Shown here one piece after another: positions 38,124-52,190 of a stretch of 64,000 bases of DNA (position 1 is its first letter; every line of letters starts with the position of its first letter). A program made the translations under genes and the position numbers. The DNA comes from Octopus vulgaris. Lineage: Eukaryota. The stretch covers positions 88,412,001 to 88,476,000 of the forward strand of contig OX597817.1 in the NCBI GenBank assembly GCA_951406725.2, in the 5' to 3' direction. The notes beneath the pieces were generated by a model, which saw only the letters and a list, made by a program, of their open reading frames with translations, was not told the origin of the DNA and made no database searches.

Positions 38124-38629
38124 GTAAGTTATTTATGAAATTATACTTGGAAAATGACTTGTCAAACAATGTATGCAAAATATCTATGCATTGAGACTCC
38201 TCTGATTCACCAATATAAAATGACAAAAAAACAAACATCCGATTATGAAAAGTTGTCTATGTGATTCCAATACTTATAAGGCCAAAGGCAGTGAGCTGGC
38301 AGAATCGTTAGTAAGCCAGGCAAAATGCTTAGCAGCATATCATCTGTCCTTATGTTCTGAGTTCAAATTTTGCTGAGGTCAACTTTGCCTTTCATCCAGT
38401 TGGGGTCAATAAAATAAGTACCGGTTGAACACTGAGGTCGATGTAATCATCTTACACACTCCCTCAAACTTGCTGGCCTTGTACCAAAGTTTGAAACCAA
38501 TATTTATAAGGCCTCACTGTATTCTACCTCTTCTACTTGATCAGTTCAAAAATGTCCCCTTAATGCCAAATAAAGAGAAGGATTATTCAATTTTTACCTT
38601 AAATAATCCCTTAGTTTGAAATAAAACAT

Positions 38630-39380
38630 TTACAATATAATATAACTGTGAGCAGCATCTAACACTAGAGACCTTGGAGTAATTATTGATAACAATCTAA
38701 GCTGAAGTTCCCACGTAAACAGTAAGGTTGATTTGGCCTGCAAGGTGTGCTCCTGGTTTCTGAGAACTTTCCAGTCTAGAGATGCCTGCACCATCAGTGG
38801 GCAACCTTGAATACTGTTGCCCACTGTAGTCTCCCCATACAAAGCAACTCATTATGAAAATAGAAGCACTCCAGAGGTCAATAACAAAAAAGATAGACGG
38901 CATGAGAGGCATTGATTATTGTGGCTGACTAAAAAACTCAATCTCTACTCTCTCCAATGCCACCAGGACTGCTATATCATTTGTGTTATGTGGAAAATAT
39001 TCCATCAATATTGCACAAATGATGTTGGCATCAATTTTAAAATCCATTCACGGCTTGGCCCCCATGCTATCCGTCCACTACAAAAATCGAACTTGGTACA
39101 CATAGCAACATTATGTCACAATTACTTTACCTCAACTGGTCCAGCTCTCTTTAATACCATACCAAAATATGTCAAAACGAAAACGGATCCCATAAAATTC
39201 AAATGTTCACTGGACAAAGTTCTTCAAAAAAATCCTAGACCAACCTCCTACACCCAGACATGTCTCCAACAATAATAACTTTTTGCTAGAGTGGGCTATA
39301 GTGTCCACCAGGTGGTGCTATTAAGTTAGACATGGCCTGGGCCTATACTGGCTGAAACCTATAAAAGTTATCAAAGTTAC
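38630..39380 (+). mobile_element. Decayed CR1/L2-group LINE 3' part
   Basis: DLGVIIDNNLS, LEYCCPL.SP, KIEALQRSITKKI, KLNLYSLQ and FKCSLDKVL motifs. Confidence 0.7.
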
Positions 39381-40044
39381 TTAGTGTATCTCAGACAGGT
39401 AGAGAAAGGACATTCATTTCAGCCAGTAAGCTTCTGACAGTCTGGGAGCTCATCATAATCATGACTTTTTATTTGTTTATGTCTGCTTCTTTAAAATGTA
39501 CTTTTCTTAAGTTTTAATCAAATATTTTAACACAAATTTAACACTAGATGGCTTTTTAAAACCAATGATTCTTTATGAATGTCTTTCATGCATAAATGGA
39601 ATGCCTCTGTAAAATTTATTAGATTATATGCTTTCAGTAAAATGAATATAATATGTAAGCTCTAAAACTTTTGTTAACATTTTAAATCAAATAGTTTGCT
39701 AGAATGAATATTCTGTCAGGAACAGGTGTTAATTTCTTTGAAAAGTAATATCTTAGGAAATTTATATTTAAACTGGCAGAGATCCCCAGTGCTGCCTGAG
39801 TATTGTATCAAAGTAATTCTATGCAGTACTGGTAATTGGCACATGTTACAAACTAAAAGACTAATATAATAGAATCTTTGTCTAATTTCACTAAAGCAGG
39901 AATTACAGTAGAAATTTCTTAGTCACTTGTTCAATCCAATGCCTCGGAGTAAATGTTTGGTTTTTATTCTATATATAAAACAGGAGGGTGTGATTTTTAG
40001 GGAGATATGTCTGCTATTCTAACATGTCTAGCTACTATGTAGTA

Positions 40045-40806
40045 CAACAGTTCTTAAACTGGGTGTTGTGACCCTGGGGGAGGCAGGGTCACAGAGCGTT
40101 TGGGAGAAAGTAATTTATTACATGTATTTAAGGTATTGTATTGCAGCTGTACTGCTGTATTGCAGTGTAATATATTGCAGCTGCTAGTGATACTGTGACT
40201 ATGTGCTTTGCTCCTGCTCTGTGACTTCCAAGACACAGCTTTCTTCCTTCAGATGACAACTATCCTGCAGACCCTTTTCAGTGAAGGACAGTGCCATCAG
40301 TGATACTGATATTTTCTTCAAATTTGTGAGGATACTCAGTTGATTTTTCTGAACAAGAGGTTCTGACATTTTGGGCGAAACTGAAGGATGACCATTCTCT
40401 TCTTTCAATGCAAGCACTGATCCAGTCCTCCTTGACCTACTGCTGCAAGACTGGGTTCTCAGCAATGATGGCACTGAAAACAAAGACAAGCAGTAGGCTT
40501 GTGATTGACACTGACAGGAGGTATTGTCTGTCAAGCACTGTTCCTCACTTTGATATACTTATGGCTGGAAAATAATATCCACCCTCCCACTGAGTGAGTA
40601 AGTATGATGTTCAGTAGTTCCATGTGTTTTTTTAGCACTTGTAGGTCTTTCATTTGTAACATTTTCAATAAATTAAGATCTTCATATAGCTTTGTTTTAT
40701 CTTAGCTTTCTGCAAAGTTCACCATTACAAAATTTATTATCGGGGTCATGGTAATACCCTGGAGAGTCTCATGGAGTAAGATGATGAAAAAAGTTAAGAA
40801 CCATTG
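40045..40806 (-). mobile_element. Old hAT-Charlie-like deletion derivative
   Basis: Ends caacagttcttaa / ttaagaaccattg; flanks atgtagta vs atgtaacc resemble a decayed 8-bp TSD. Confidence 0.5.
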
Positions 40807-42314
40807 ATGTAACCACTTGGTTACTCAGATATATGTATACATATATAACAATAGGATGTGACTTGAAGGAGATTTGGCTGCTATTTCTACCAGATTTAGA
40901 TATCATGTAGACGTCTTCAAGAGGTATCTGGTAATGTCCAAGTATTGTATCAAAGTAATATAACCAATAATGTGAAGATTTTGGCATGTATTACATATTA
41001 CATTGACTAATGATTTAGAATCCCTATGCATTGTCATTCAAAAGGAGATTATAGTAATGTTTTGATATGGATAGTACCTTGATACTTCTGTCAACTACAT
41101 TACACAGTTAAAAAAAAACTGTGTAACAGTTAAAAAATTATGTAACAGTTAAAAAAAACTGTTAAAAACTGTTGTATTGGAACAGCACTAACTCAAAATT
41201 TTGATGCCTTCACAGCTAAATTGTTTCAACAACTGAATCAAAGTAAAGCAAAGTTCTAGTTTTATATATATATATGGGACTCTTTGAACACCCTGGATTA
41301 TATCAACCCTTTTGAAACTACTTCTGGTCCTTTCATATATAAACCACCAGTTTAAAATCTTTGATATTAAAGGAAAAGTACCTTTATAATTTGTATCCAG
41401 TTATTGTATCAAAATAATATGAGACAAAAATGTGATGTGACTTGAGGGAGAATTGCTTGCTATATCTGACATCCTTGTTAAGATGTTAGTTTCACTTGTT
41501 GGTTCTTGTATACATATAAACATATGTCAGGCAGTAAGATGTGTTTGAAGAAAATCTGGCTACTACTTCTTCTGTTTGTGATACCATGTGGAAGCTCCCA
41601 CATTTGTTGTAATTTGAGAGCGAATTGAATGTTATTTTAATCAGATGTGAGCCAAAATGGTGTAATCTGTCATTTTTAAATGGGTGTCAGTTTGGCTGTG
41701 TAGTTTAGAAGTTCAATTCCAAACTGCTCAGCATGGTAAGTCTTCTGCTAGGGCCTCAGGTTGATCAATGCCTTCTGAGAAAAATTTCATAAACATATCA
41801 TGCAAAAGCCCATTGTAGATTTGTATATGCATATGTCTTTGTTGATGTTTATCAGCTGAAGATGTAAACATGGGCAAGAAAATCAAAATAGAAATGCAGA
41901 AAATTGCTGATTTGTCTGTTGGTAAACTGTAACCAACAATGTCATATATAAAATAAGTAAAAAATATATTAAATATGTAAAAAAAACTTCTGACAATAGT
42001 AAAACTTACAAATAATCTTTCTTATTTTGGTACAAGACTAGTAATTTTGAGTGGAGGGGTCAAGTTGATAACATTGGCCCCAGTACTTGACTATTTTAAT
42101 TTTATTTGTCCTGAAAGGATGAAAAGCTAAGTTAACTGTGGCAGAATTTGAACACCGAACATAAGGCAAAATAAATGCTGCTAAGAATTTTGCCTGATGT
42201 TTTAATAATTCTGTCAGCTCACCATCTTAGAAATAATAAAAACAGGAGTAATACATGTGGTAATCATTTTAAAGAATTAAGTCTTTACTTATCCATTCAC
42301 CTTATATATATATA

Positions 42315-43334
42315 CTAGCAGTATCGCCCGGCGTTGCTTGGGTTTGTAAGGGAAATAACTATATAAGCATTTTTAGAGAGTTACTTCCCTTATAGATGCC
42401 AATTCGGGCTTTCTTAGCCATTTCTGTTTTGGTGTCTTCAAGCCATGAAGTCGATGTTCTAAAAGAACGCTGGTCTCCTTGACAACGCTTTACGACGTTG
42501 ATTTCCTTACACTCCCTTCTCCACAGCTTCACGAGGGAGGGAAGATGGGGGAGAAGCAACACAGGTGCAGATGTGACCATGGACGCCAACTCCGCCGCCA
42601 TCGACACACGAAAAATTATGCATTAAAATGGAATAAAAAATGATGTTAAATTATTTTTAAAATCGTAGACTCATCGTAGACGCGCGCTAATACCCAGACG
42701 GGCTCGATATGAATCACGACTATAAGATACCTGAATTTGGTTAAACTGCACCGCAAAATGTGGGAGTAGTTAGGAATCTAAATCGAAGGGGACAGACACT
42801 CACACAACTACAGTTTTATATATATAGACTAGCAGTATCGCCCGTCGTTGCTCGGGTTTGTAAGGGAAATAACTATATAAGCATTTTTAGAGAGTTACTT
42901 CCCTTATAAATTCGGGCTTTCTTAGCCATTTTTGTTTTGGTGTCTTCAAGCCATGAAGTCGTTGTTCTAAAAGAACGCTGGTTTCCTTCACAACGCATTA
43001 CGACGTTGATTTCTTTACACTCCCTTCCCCACAGCTTCACGAGGGAGGGAAGGGGAAGAAGCAAACAGATGCAGCTGTGAGCGTGGACGCCAACTCCGCC
43101 ACCATCGACATACGATGCATTTTATGCATTAAAATGGAATAAAAAATGATGTTAAATTATTTTTAAAATCGTAGACTCATCGTTGACGCGCGCTAATAGT
43201 CAGACGGGCTCGATATGAATCACGACTATAAGATACCCGAATTTGGTTAAACTGCACCGCAAAATGTGGGAGTAGTTAGGAATCTAAATCGAAGGGGACA
43301 GACACTCACACAACTAGAGTTTTATATATATAGA
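42315..43334 (-). mobile_element. Head-to-tail dimer of a ~510-bp non-autonomous Helitron (42315-42828 and 42829-43334)
   Basis: Each unit reads TCtatatatataaaac...hairpin (cccgagcaacgacggg)...CTAG on the minus strand; host A|T target; junction CTAG|TC. Confidence 0.88.
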
Positions 43335-44254
43335 TATATATAGCTCTTAAAGCCCTACTGGCTCAAGCTGGGAAGGGAAGCCTGTAGTGTTCTAGGCCAT
43401 GTTTTATGATGTTGTTAAGGGTAGCATGGTGTGGAAGGTCCCTCATTTCGGATGCCACATGCTATGGCACCTTCACCAGCAGCAATTTGGTGTGTTCAGC
43501 CATCAGCCTAGGCTTCATGCTTGTCAGGCTGAGAAAAGCAAACTATCAAAATATTGGTTGCCCTCTGACAACTTTATATCGAGCCTGTGGCAGTGGAGAC
43601 CTCCAGTGTTCTTGGCCTCAGCACTATTGGAGCAGAGATAGTTATCCACAAGTGTGATCCTGTGATTCAGAGTGGCTATTCCAGTGCATCTACCTCACCA
43701 TCCTCTGGGGCAACGCCTTTTCCATTTTATCTGCTGGGACCATAAAGTGGTCTGAATTACAGGAAATTGTATATTTCACTCCTTAATGTAAATTATCATT
43801 ATTATTACATTAAACTACCCTTAAAATATATATCAGAATATAACTCATAATTGAAACAATCTCCCATGTTTAGCTTATCAGGAAGCTACTGTGTTATGGA
43901 ATAACTCTTTAGAGAATAGCCATTTTCAAGAAATCTTCCTCATCTAGAAACCAGATATTCCTTTCCAAACCTGAATCAAGAAAACTTAGCTTCTCTACCA
44001 GAATAAGATGTAACTTAGACAATGTCTAATTCTTCCAAAACAACAGTCACTTTAGGACTCAGTTCTTTTCATGGCAGCATGCTACAATTGTTTTTCTTTC
44101 TCTGACTAATCTTCATTGGTCATATCCACACTTCAATTATCTTTCAATTAAAACCACTTGCCCAAAAATGTCCACATGCTTTTAATATAGATTTAGTGAT
44201 TTTTCTCCAGACACATTTTAGCCTATTTTAAAATATTTCCACTATGTTTTTCAG

Positions 44255-44313
44255 GCACTGTACTTATATACACTATTTGTCAAGATATGATGGTGGCTGG
44301 ACACGCTACAAAG
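44255..44313 (+). CDS. CFAP54: CFAP54 coding exon 5
   Basis: ttttcag / gtaaca, 59 nt. (C)TVLIYTICQDMMVAGHATK resembles recalled GTIYIYTICRKLMVIGQSSK. Confidence 0.92.
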
Positions 44314-44662
44314 GTAACATGAATTTTTAGCATAACCTTAATTTTTAATTTCTGAGCAAGCAAATATACATAGCACTGTATTGACCAGACCATCAGATGT
44401 TGTTATACATCACTGGTCACAATGCACTTACTTTCATTATTGTAGCTTTCAAATAATGCTACCCCACTGGCTAGACAGGCAGGCCAACATACCCACTGAC
44501 TGGAATGCCATTCTGTCACAGGACCATCCATTCACAAGTGAGTGGAATGGAGCGACATAAAATGAAGTGCTTTTACTCAAAAACACAATGCACCAGCAAT
44601 CTAGGAATCAAAACCAAGATCTTGTGATTGTGAGTGCAATGCCCTAACCACTAGGCCATTTG

Positions 44663-44710
<48 letters not shown>

Positions 44711-46035
44711 CACTGAGTTTATGAAATACATTCTGATTCCCATTCCTTGTGAGTATGCCCTGCACTTCAACACCATCTCTCTCCTGCTCTCTCTCTCTCT
44801 CTCTCTCTCTCTTGCACTCTTGCTGTCTTCCACTCTCTCTCTCTCCCTCTGGTTGGGTAACCATGCATCTCCTCTACAGCAGTGCACCTGTTTCTGTCCT
44901 CATTCTTGATCATACTCTCTCTCTCTAGCCAGGTAACCATGTACTGCCTCTACAGCAAGACACCTATTTCTGTTTTTCTATCACTCTCTAACCTTTCATC
45001 ATCTGGTACAAGATCACCTCCTCAATGGCCCCTCCCCTCTTAAAGGATCTTTGTCTTGCAAGCTATTTGGTGGTATCAGTGCTGGTGCCATGAAAAAAAG
45101 CATCCAGTTCACATTGTAAAGTGGTTGGTGTTTGAAAGGGCATCCAACTGTAAAAACCATGCCAAAACTGACCTCGTCTGTGCTGGTGCCACATAAAAAG
45201 CAGTCTATCCACTCTGCAGGGGTGGTTGGTGTTAAGAAGGGCATCCAGCTGTAAAAAACCATGCCAAAACAGACACAGAAGTCTGGAGCAGTCTTCTGCC
45301 TGGTCAGCTCCTGTCAAACTATCAAACCCAATGCCAGCATGGAAAGTGGACATTAAATGATGATGAGGATAATAATGATAAACTTCATAATAACTAATTC
45401 TTAACAAGAAATTTAATGTTATTTTGCATTTTGTGTAATAATTAGTTATTAAATTAACAATGAATGATTAATGCTAATGATGTACATTTACAAAATGTAA
45501 AAAAATGATAGAAAGATTTTTTTTCCCCCCTTAGATTACAGATTCCATAACTTCTTTTAATACAAGTGTAAGTAAGGTGATACAAATTGGGTGGTTTCAG
45601 GTGAACAATTAAATTGCAATTTAATAAAAGATTTGTTTAAATTAAACAAATATTGTTACATTGTTTCCTTTTTATAAAAAAGTTACACTTTTCTGCTTTC
45701 TTGTCAATAAAATATTTTTGATTTATCATTGTTAATATATCTGTTGAAGAGAAGGCCGTGACCTGGCAGAATCATTAGCATGCCAGGCAAAATGCTTAGC
45801 GACATTTCATCTGTCTTTATATTCTGAGTTCAAATTCTGCAGGGGCTGACTTTGCCTTTCATGCTTTTGGGTTCAATAAAATAAGTATTGGTTGAATTCT
45901 GGGGTTGATGTAATCTCTTGAATTTACTGGCCCTATGCAAAAATTTGAAACTAATATTATCAGTTGAAGCTAATTTCGAATCTCTTCAATCATATTTGTT
46001 TTACATTTCCTATTCCATCACATTTTTTGTTTTAG

Positions 46036-46293
46036 GTTCTACAATACTTAATTTGGGCTTGTCTGTGTGTAGAGAACTCTCCCCTTCTCACTGACATTTC
46101 CTTCTTGTCTTGGCGGTGCACAATATACACAGCTGTATGTCAGTGCTATTGGGAATGTAAAACAGGAGAGCATACAGAAGCCTTTGCCAGAAGAGGATTG
46201 TGCAAAATAAATGACGTCTTGAATGTTCAGAAAAAGAGTGAAAGGGCAAGAACCACTCAACACACAGCAGCTATTCGAGAATGTACTTTGAAG
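46036..46293 (+). CDS. CFAP54: CFAP54 coding exon 6
   Basis: 258 nt. VLQYLIWACLCVENSPLLTDISFLSWRCTIYTAVCQCYWECKTGEHTEAFARRGLCKI resembles recalled YLLWASMCMESSVPLLSVRYLTWRATLYTAVCQC...EAFARRALAKI. Confidence 0.95.
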
Positions 46294-47399
46294 GTATTCT
46301 TAATCTTTTTTCTTTTCACTTTTCACATCAATTTTTATATAATAGCATGGATGGAATACTTCAAATTTAAACATTTCTATATATATATTTAAGTGTTTAT
46401 ATATATATATATATATCAACATCGATAATGATGATGATATATATATATATATCATCATCGATGATGATGATGATATATATATATATATCATCATCGATGA
46501 TGATGATGATGATGATGATATATATATATATATATAATGCATTTACATCTGTGTAATCTTCTTACATTGTTCTGCTTTGTGATACTCAAAGATAAGGGTT
46601 GGTAGAGGAGAAAAGAATTTGAACCTCCTTTACTATACCTTTTCTTTTACTTACCCATTCATGTATGATATATGTATGTCTATAACAAATCTGAGGAACA
46701 TGATCACAACTGTGCTCAACAAATAGTTAAGAATAAATTAGGAGTTTTGACGAAAGGCTGCGGGATAATTATGAAACATATAATGTTACAATCTTTGGAT
46801 GCTGAGTCTCATGGAGGCAATGACAGTGATCGAGACCTCTGGTCATTTGCTGTGCTTGAGAAACAAAGTGAAATTGTAGCCGTGGCCAGTGCTGGTAAAA
46901 TGTAAATGGCACCTGTGCCAGTGACATATAAAAGGCACCCATTACATTCTTGGAGTGGTTGGCATTAGGAAGGGCATCTAGCTGTAGAAAGCAAGCCAAA
47001 TCAGGCTGGAACATGGTACTGCTCTCTGGCTTACAAGTTCCTATCAAACCATCTAACCCATGCCAGCATGGAAAATACACACTAAATGATGATGATGATG
47101 ATGATGATATAATGTTACAATTAATTGGTTCATATGTATAAGTTTCCATACATGCAACAAGAACTGAATGGTAGAACTAGAAGTTGTTGAGGCAACCTTA
47201 GTATTATGTAATTGCACATAAAGTACCATGCTATTCTGAACTGTAACTAAACAACTGAGTTGAATAAAGCTTGGGAAGAAGCAACCACCTTTTGGCTATC
47301 ATTACAATTTATTCAACCCAAATTCAAAAATGAAGATGGTGTAGAAACCTAAGTTTTAGATATTGACCTGAGTTCACAGAACACCAATACCAGTGAACC

Positions 47400-48960
47400 A
47401 TCTTTACAATTTGTATTGAAGAGGACTATCGGGACAAAATACCAAATAAATATAGGACTCTATTAGCCTGAGTAGGCTCCATTGTTTTTACTAGATACTT
47501 ACCAGATGAATCATTGGATTAATTTTCCAGAGAGTTAGAGAAGCTATAGAGGAATTGAAATTACCAGGATTATAGCACAGCGCAGTACGACTATTATGCA
47601 ACACATAACATTCATTGCTGGTATAACCTCAACTTCAATACATCAGCACCTTTTAGAAAATAAAGCACTGGGCTTCAAGATCGTTTATAATAAAGCCTCT
47701 GTGATAGATATAGCCCAGCGCAGTAACAATATATACACAACCCCAAAGGTCAATACAGTGACAGTAGTTAACTCTGGTCAACAATAGATATCACAAGTAT
47801 ATGAGAAAGATTCATATAAGCTTTCAGTTGTTCTTAATGAACCAGTTCTGTATGCTGATTATAAATTACTAAGAGGAAATGTTTCATTTGTTGTTTCTTT
47901 TACCATTCATATGATAACTGTCCAGCATAAATGCAATAAATGCCTCAAGAAGGAACATTATGCTCCCATATGCAAACCCAAGACCTTATTAAGCTTACTG
48001 GTGACAGTGGTCACTTCTCACATACTAACCCAGTGAATGAATGACAGGGACTCATTCAAGCTGCGACTTTTTTGATTAGGAAGGGACAAAGGTTAAGTGG
48101 TGTCTAGAATTCTGTCTAGGATTCTGCGGCACTGTTAGTTACTTAGTAAGAAAGCTGTGCAGGAACTAAAATTAAAGACTCCCCTCTCTAGTAAAGACAC
48201 CATTATGGTTCAGAAAACCTAAAATATTAGTTCCAAGAGTTATGTTGTTGTGGACCTAACTGTTAGCCTTAATAACCAGTTACTTGTTGCTGCATGACTC
48301 CGTAATTTGAGGGAATTGTGAGCTGATATGTTACTTGGCCAAGCTTTCCTGCACCAATATCTGAGGGTAAAATTTGAATATGGGGAAGTCCTGTCTGACA
48401 TAACTGTAAATGCTACTGATTTCAGTACATTGGCCATAGTAAAAGTAAGAGAGTCATCCCTTTTCCAAACTTGTCTCCAAGAGAAAAACCAATTGCTCTC
48501 AAATCAAAGTAATTTAGTAAAGATGATGAAAACTTCATTGCAAGGGATATTTGCCATTTGTTGTGACTGAGGCAAGCATGTCCTCATGGTGAGTTCCAGT
48601 AGTTTAAGTGACAGCCGACCAATATATGAAGTCAGATGCTTATCCCTTGCCTTTGATAGATGAGCTAATAAACAAACTTACAAAATAGAGACCATTCTTC
48701 ACCTTTGACATGAAAAGTGTCTGGTACTAGGTGTGGCTGAAGGATTCTAGACAATATACAGCTTTTGAAGCCAATGGCTATCTGTATCAGTTGTGTAGGA
48801 TTTCATTGGAACCTCAAATATGGTAGATGACTTCCAACAAGCTATGGATGGGGTAGTGAGAGAAGAAAAGTTGTGTGGTGCCTTCTTTTATCTTAACAAT
48901 ATGACTATGACCAGGCACACATTGGAGGAGAATGATCAAAATATAAAGGAATTCATTTGG
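47400..48960 (+). mobile_element. Heavily decayed Gypsy-like gag-pol relic
   Basis: CCHC knuckle CNKCLKKEHYAPIC near 47932; DMLLGQAFL protease-like segment; RT remnants DAYPLP, TAFEANGYLYQ and FFYLNNMT. Confidence 0.6.
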
Positions 48961-49356
48961 AAGGAATGGAATCACACAATCAAAATCTTTATCTCAAAGA
49001 TGTAAGTGTAAGAATTACACCTGCATTAACTTTATCTATGGGGTGAAATTGAAGATATGATGAAAATATTTAAACAAAATGGAGCAATTTTAAAAAGATC
49101 TATTAATGCATTTAAATTGAAATTAATCATTTATAAACATAGAATATCCACAGAATCCATTGGTAATAAAAATGGTGGTTGTGTTAATGTTAAAGAGAAT
49201 GATGTGAATGATGAAAACAATAAAATATTTGTGTACAATGAACAAGCTATTTTCATAAACCATTTTCTCATATATTAAATTAAATAATCAGATTGTGAAA
49301 AGAATATTCGAATTGTTTTTCTGAGTGAAATAATGGAATTATTTTCTCTTCTTTAG

Positions 49357-49458
49357 ATGGCAATCATGATCTTTAAGCGAGTTGTCTTTGAAACCCGTCG
49401 AAAAATGAAAGGATTTATACGCTTGAAGAACAGGTTTAGTGAAAGGGATTTTGTGAAT
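49357..49458 (+). CDS. CFAP54: CFAP54 coding exon 7
   Basis: ctttag / gtgagt, 102 nt. MAIMIFKRVVFETRRKMKGFIRLKNRFSERDFVN resembles recalled MAVMIFKRGVFESRRK. Confidence 0.93.
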
Positions 49459-50628
49459 GTGAGTCAATTCTTTAAGTTATACATTAAAAGAAAAAAATCT
49501 CTAAAGCAAAGTACTTTAATATGAATTTTGGTACTTTGGGCAAGTGGCTTCTGCAATAGCTTCACACTGAAAAAAGCCTTGTGAGATTTGGTGGACAAAA
49601 GCTGAAAGATGTCCATTACACTCACACCTCCCCCCCCCCCACAACACACATGTTGATTGCCCTATCTTCTCAAATGATAGCCATCTCACATTCAATAGTG
49701 AGACATCTGTATGTCATTAGATTTAAGTGACAAAAGCTTGTCTAACACTTTTCCCACTGTCACAGTTGTCATGGTAGATTCCAGTGACAAGCATTGCAAG
49801 ATGGCTAGCATTATTTTAAATGTCAGAGTATCTGCCTTCGCCATGGTTTTGTCAAAAATAATGGGAGTATTCTCTACGTCTGGGAAATCTATTTAACCCA
49901 CAGATGGGACCCCAATAAGTACTACTGTTCTGGGTCAGGATGGACCTGGGAGTAATGGTCATTAAGGGATAACTCCATGTTCCCCACAACTCCAGAACTT
50001 CTGAGGTAGAATCTCACCACCAGATGCAGTTATGTTTAATGTCTCTCTCTCTCTCTCTTTCTCTCTCTCACACACACACACACAAACTTACTTTGCTTAT
50101 GATAGCTCATCAAAGGTGATGGCAGCATTGATTGAAGACATTCATCCTCCTCCACTTCCAGCATGTTGTTTGTCAAGGTGACTGACAAGACCAACATGAA
50201 ATAGGCAGATCCTGTGACACTGAAGGCACTGAAAGTGCCCCTGAACAACAACTGCAGAGGGTTGATGAAAACATCTCTTTTCATGCAGTCTCCGACATTT
50301 GGTTCCAAAGTGTTCTAATCCAGTAACACACATGGGCTTCCATGCCTTCTGATTAACAGCCTGGGAAGGGGCTTCAAGTGAGTGGGAGAGACACCACATG
50401 AAATGAGAGATCACTTGAGTTGATCATGAAAATGAAGTTTTGGATGTCCATATATGTACACATATGTATATATATATATATATACGTTATTTAAAGCAGC
50501 AGAAAATTCAACAAAATCTGTTACTCTGAGTTTCTCGTTGCCATTCATCACATTTATGTGTTTACTCCGGTATATATATATATATATGTATGTATACATA
50601 TGTGTGTGTGTGTGTTAGTGTGTGTGCG

Positions 50629-50678
<50 letters not shown>

Positions 50679-50875
50679 TACGTGTTTGTGTATTAAGGCT
50701 ACCCTTGGTTTCATGAAAGAAAACCAATGAAAACAATGGTAGCCTTTATACACAAATAAAGTTATGATTGCAGTGTGGAGCAATCATTCTCATTGTTTGA
50801 CATTGACATATACATATATGTTGCTTGTGCCATGTCCACACACACACAAACACAGACATGTTCACATACATATGT

Positions 50876-52070
50876 ATGTAAGTAAAAAAATTACATGCAC
50901 TCTTGTTTCTGTAATTTCTGAAACAAAAGCAGGCGGTTGAACAATTATATCATTTTTCGACATAGTCTTCTTGCTTTTCAATACCTTTCTTCCAGCAGTC
51001 AACAAGCTCACTTATTCTATCAAAGAAGATTTTTGGTTGGTTGCACAGCCATTTATGCACCACTTCCTGCACTTCCTCATCCATAACAAATTGATGGCCT
51101 TGAACACGATGTTTTTTGTAGGGGTTTAAAGAGGTGATAATTGTGAAGAGTGGGGTCTAGACTGTATGTAGAGTGTTCCAGAAATGTGAAACCCAATTTT
51201 TCAAAAGTTCCAAAGGTATATGGGTGGCCATATGTGGGTGTGCAAGGTCATGCAACAATAACACTTGCTTTGGTGCAAATTGCTAGTTTCAGTTTGCTGA
51301 CCAGGATTTCACTGTAGCCTACACTAGTGACACTCAACCCCTTTTCCAGGTAATGTTCCTGTATAGGCCCTTTTGTGTTGCAAAAAACCCAGTTAGCATC
51401 ACTTTTTTAGTGGATGGTTTGAGTTTTGAATTTCTTTTTCACTGGCGCTTCCAGGTATTTCTGTTCCAAACTCTTCCAATTTGATTTCTTTCCAAAAAAG
51501 CTTCACCTTTATCATTGTCATGGCCAAGTGAGCATTGATGGATCCCTACACAATTGTGCATATGTGCTTCAGTAAGCTCACTTGGCACCCATCTCACAAT
51601 GACTTTATGAAAGTGAAGCTTGTCATGAATGATTTTGTATGCAGAACCATGACTAATTTGCAGAGAGCATGCCACCTCAATGATGGTCACTAGTTGGTTT
51701 GCCAGAACCCTCTCTCAAACCTGTTGAATCTTCATGTCAGTGGTGGAAATTGATAGGTGTCCTTCTCCTTCTTTGTTCTTCATACTTGTCCCCATATTGT
51801 ACTGAAAGCCTACAATGAATTTCAGCCCCTGAAACACCTTCAGACCAGAGAAATCGGATCAGTGATCTCTGTTCTTTCATAGTTTACACTGCCAGAAGAG
51901 CAGCCATGTTCTGTAACACAAGAAAGAAAACAGGAGCGATCAAGGTCAAATCTTGGTTAGTTATATAACCAGTAGAATACCACCTTTTAGCATGTGGGTG
52001 CTGAACGCAGTGCAGCCAACTTAAAGAAAGTTTTGGTGAAAGTGCAGATAATATTTGACTTCCCCTAATA
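50876..52070 (-). mobile_element. Mariner transposon fossil
   Basis: WVPSELT (WVPHEL-like) and YSLDPTLHNYHLFKPL (YSPDLAP-like) motifs; degenerate TIRs ending in tgcact; many stops. Confidence 0.8.
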
Positions 52071-52111
52071 TATATATGCTTATGTTTATATATGTATGTG
52101 TGTGGGTTTTT

Positions 52112-52156
<45 letters not shown>

Positions 52157-52157
<1 letters not shown>

Positions 52158-52190
52158 TAGCAGAGATACCCGGCGTTGCCTGGGTTACAT
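52157..52190 (-). mobile_element. Helitron 3' terminus
   Basis: ctagcagagatacccggcgttgcctggg, the same type of end as 42315. Confidence 0.55.

Noticed and set aside
49434-49439. Alternative donor ag|gtttag for CFAP54 exon 7
   Set aside because: Gives phase 2, incompatible with exon 8; the gtgagt donor at 49459 keeps the frame and fits the recalled protein length.
50518-50556. Hammerhead-like remnant on the minus strand (gtgatgaatggcaacgagaaactcagagtaacag)
   Set aside because: Core C3 and stems I and II are disrupted; a decayed relic at best.
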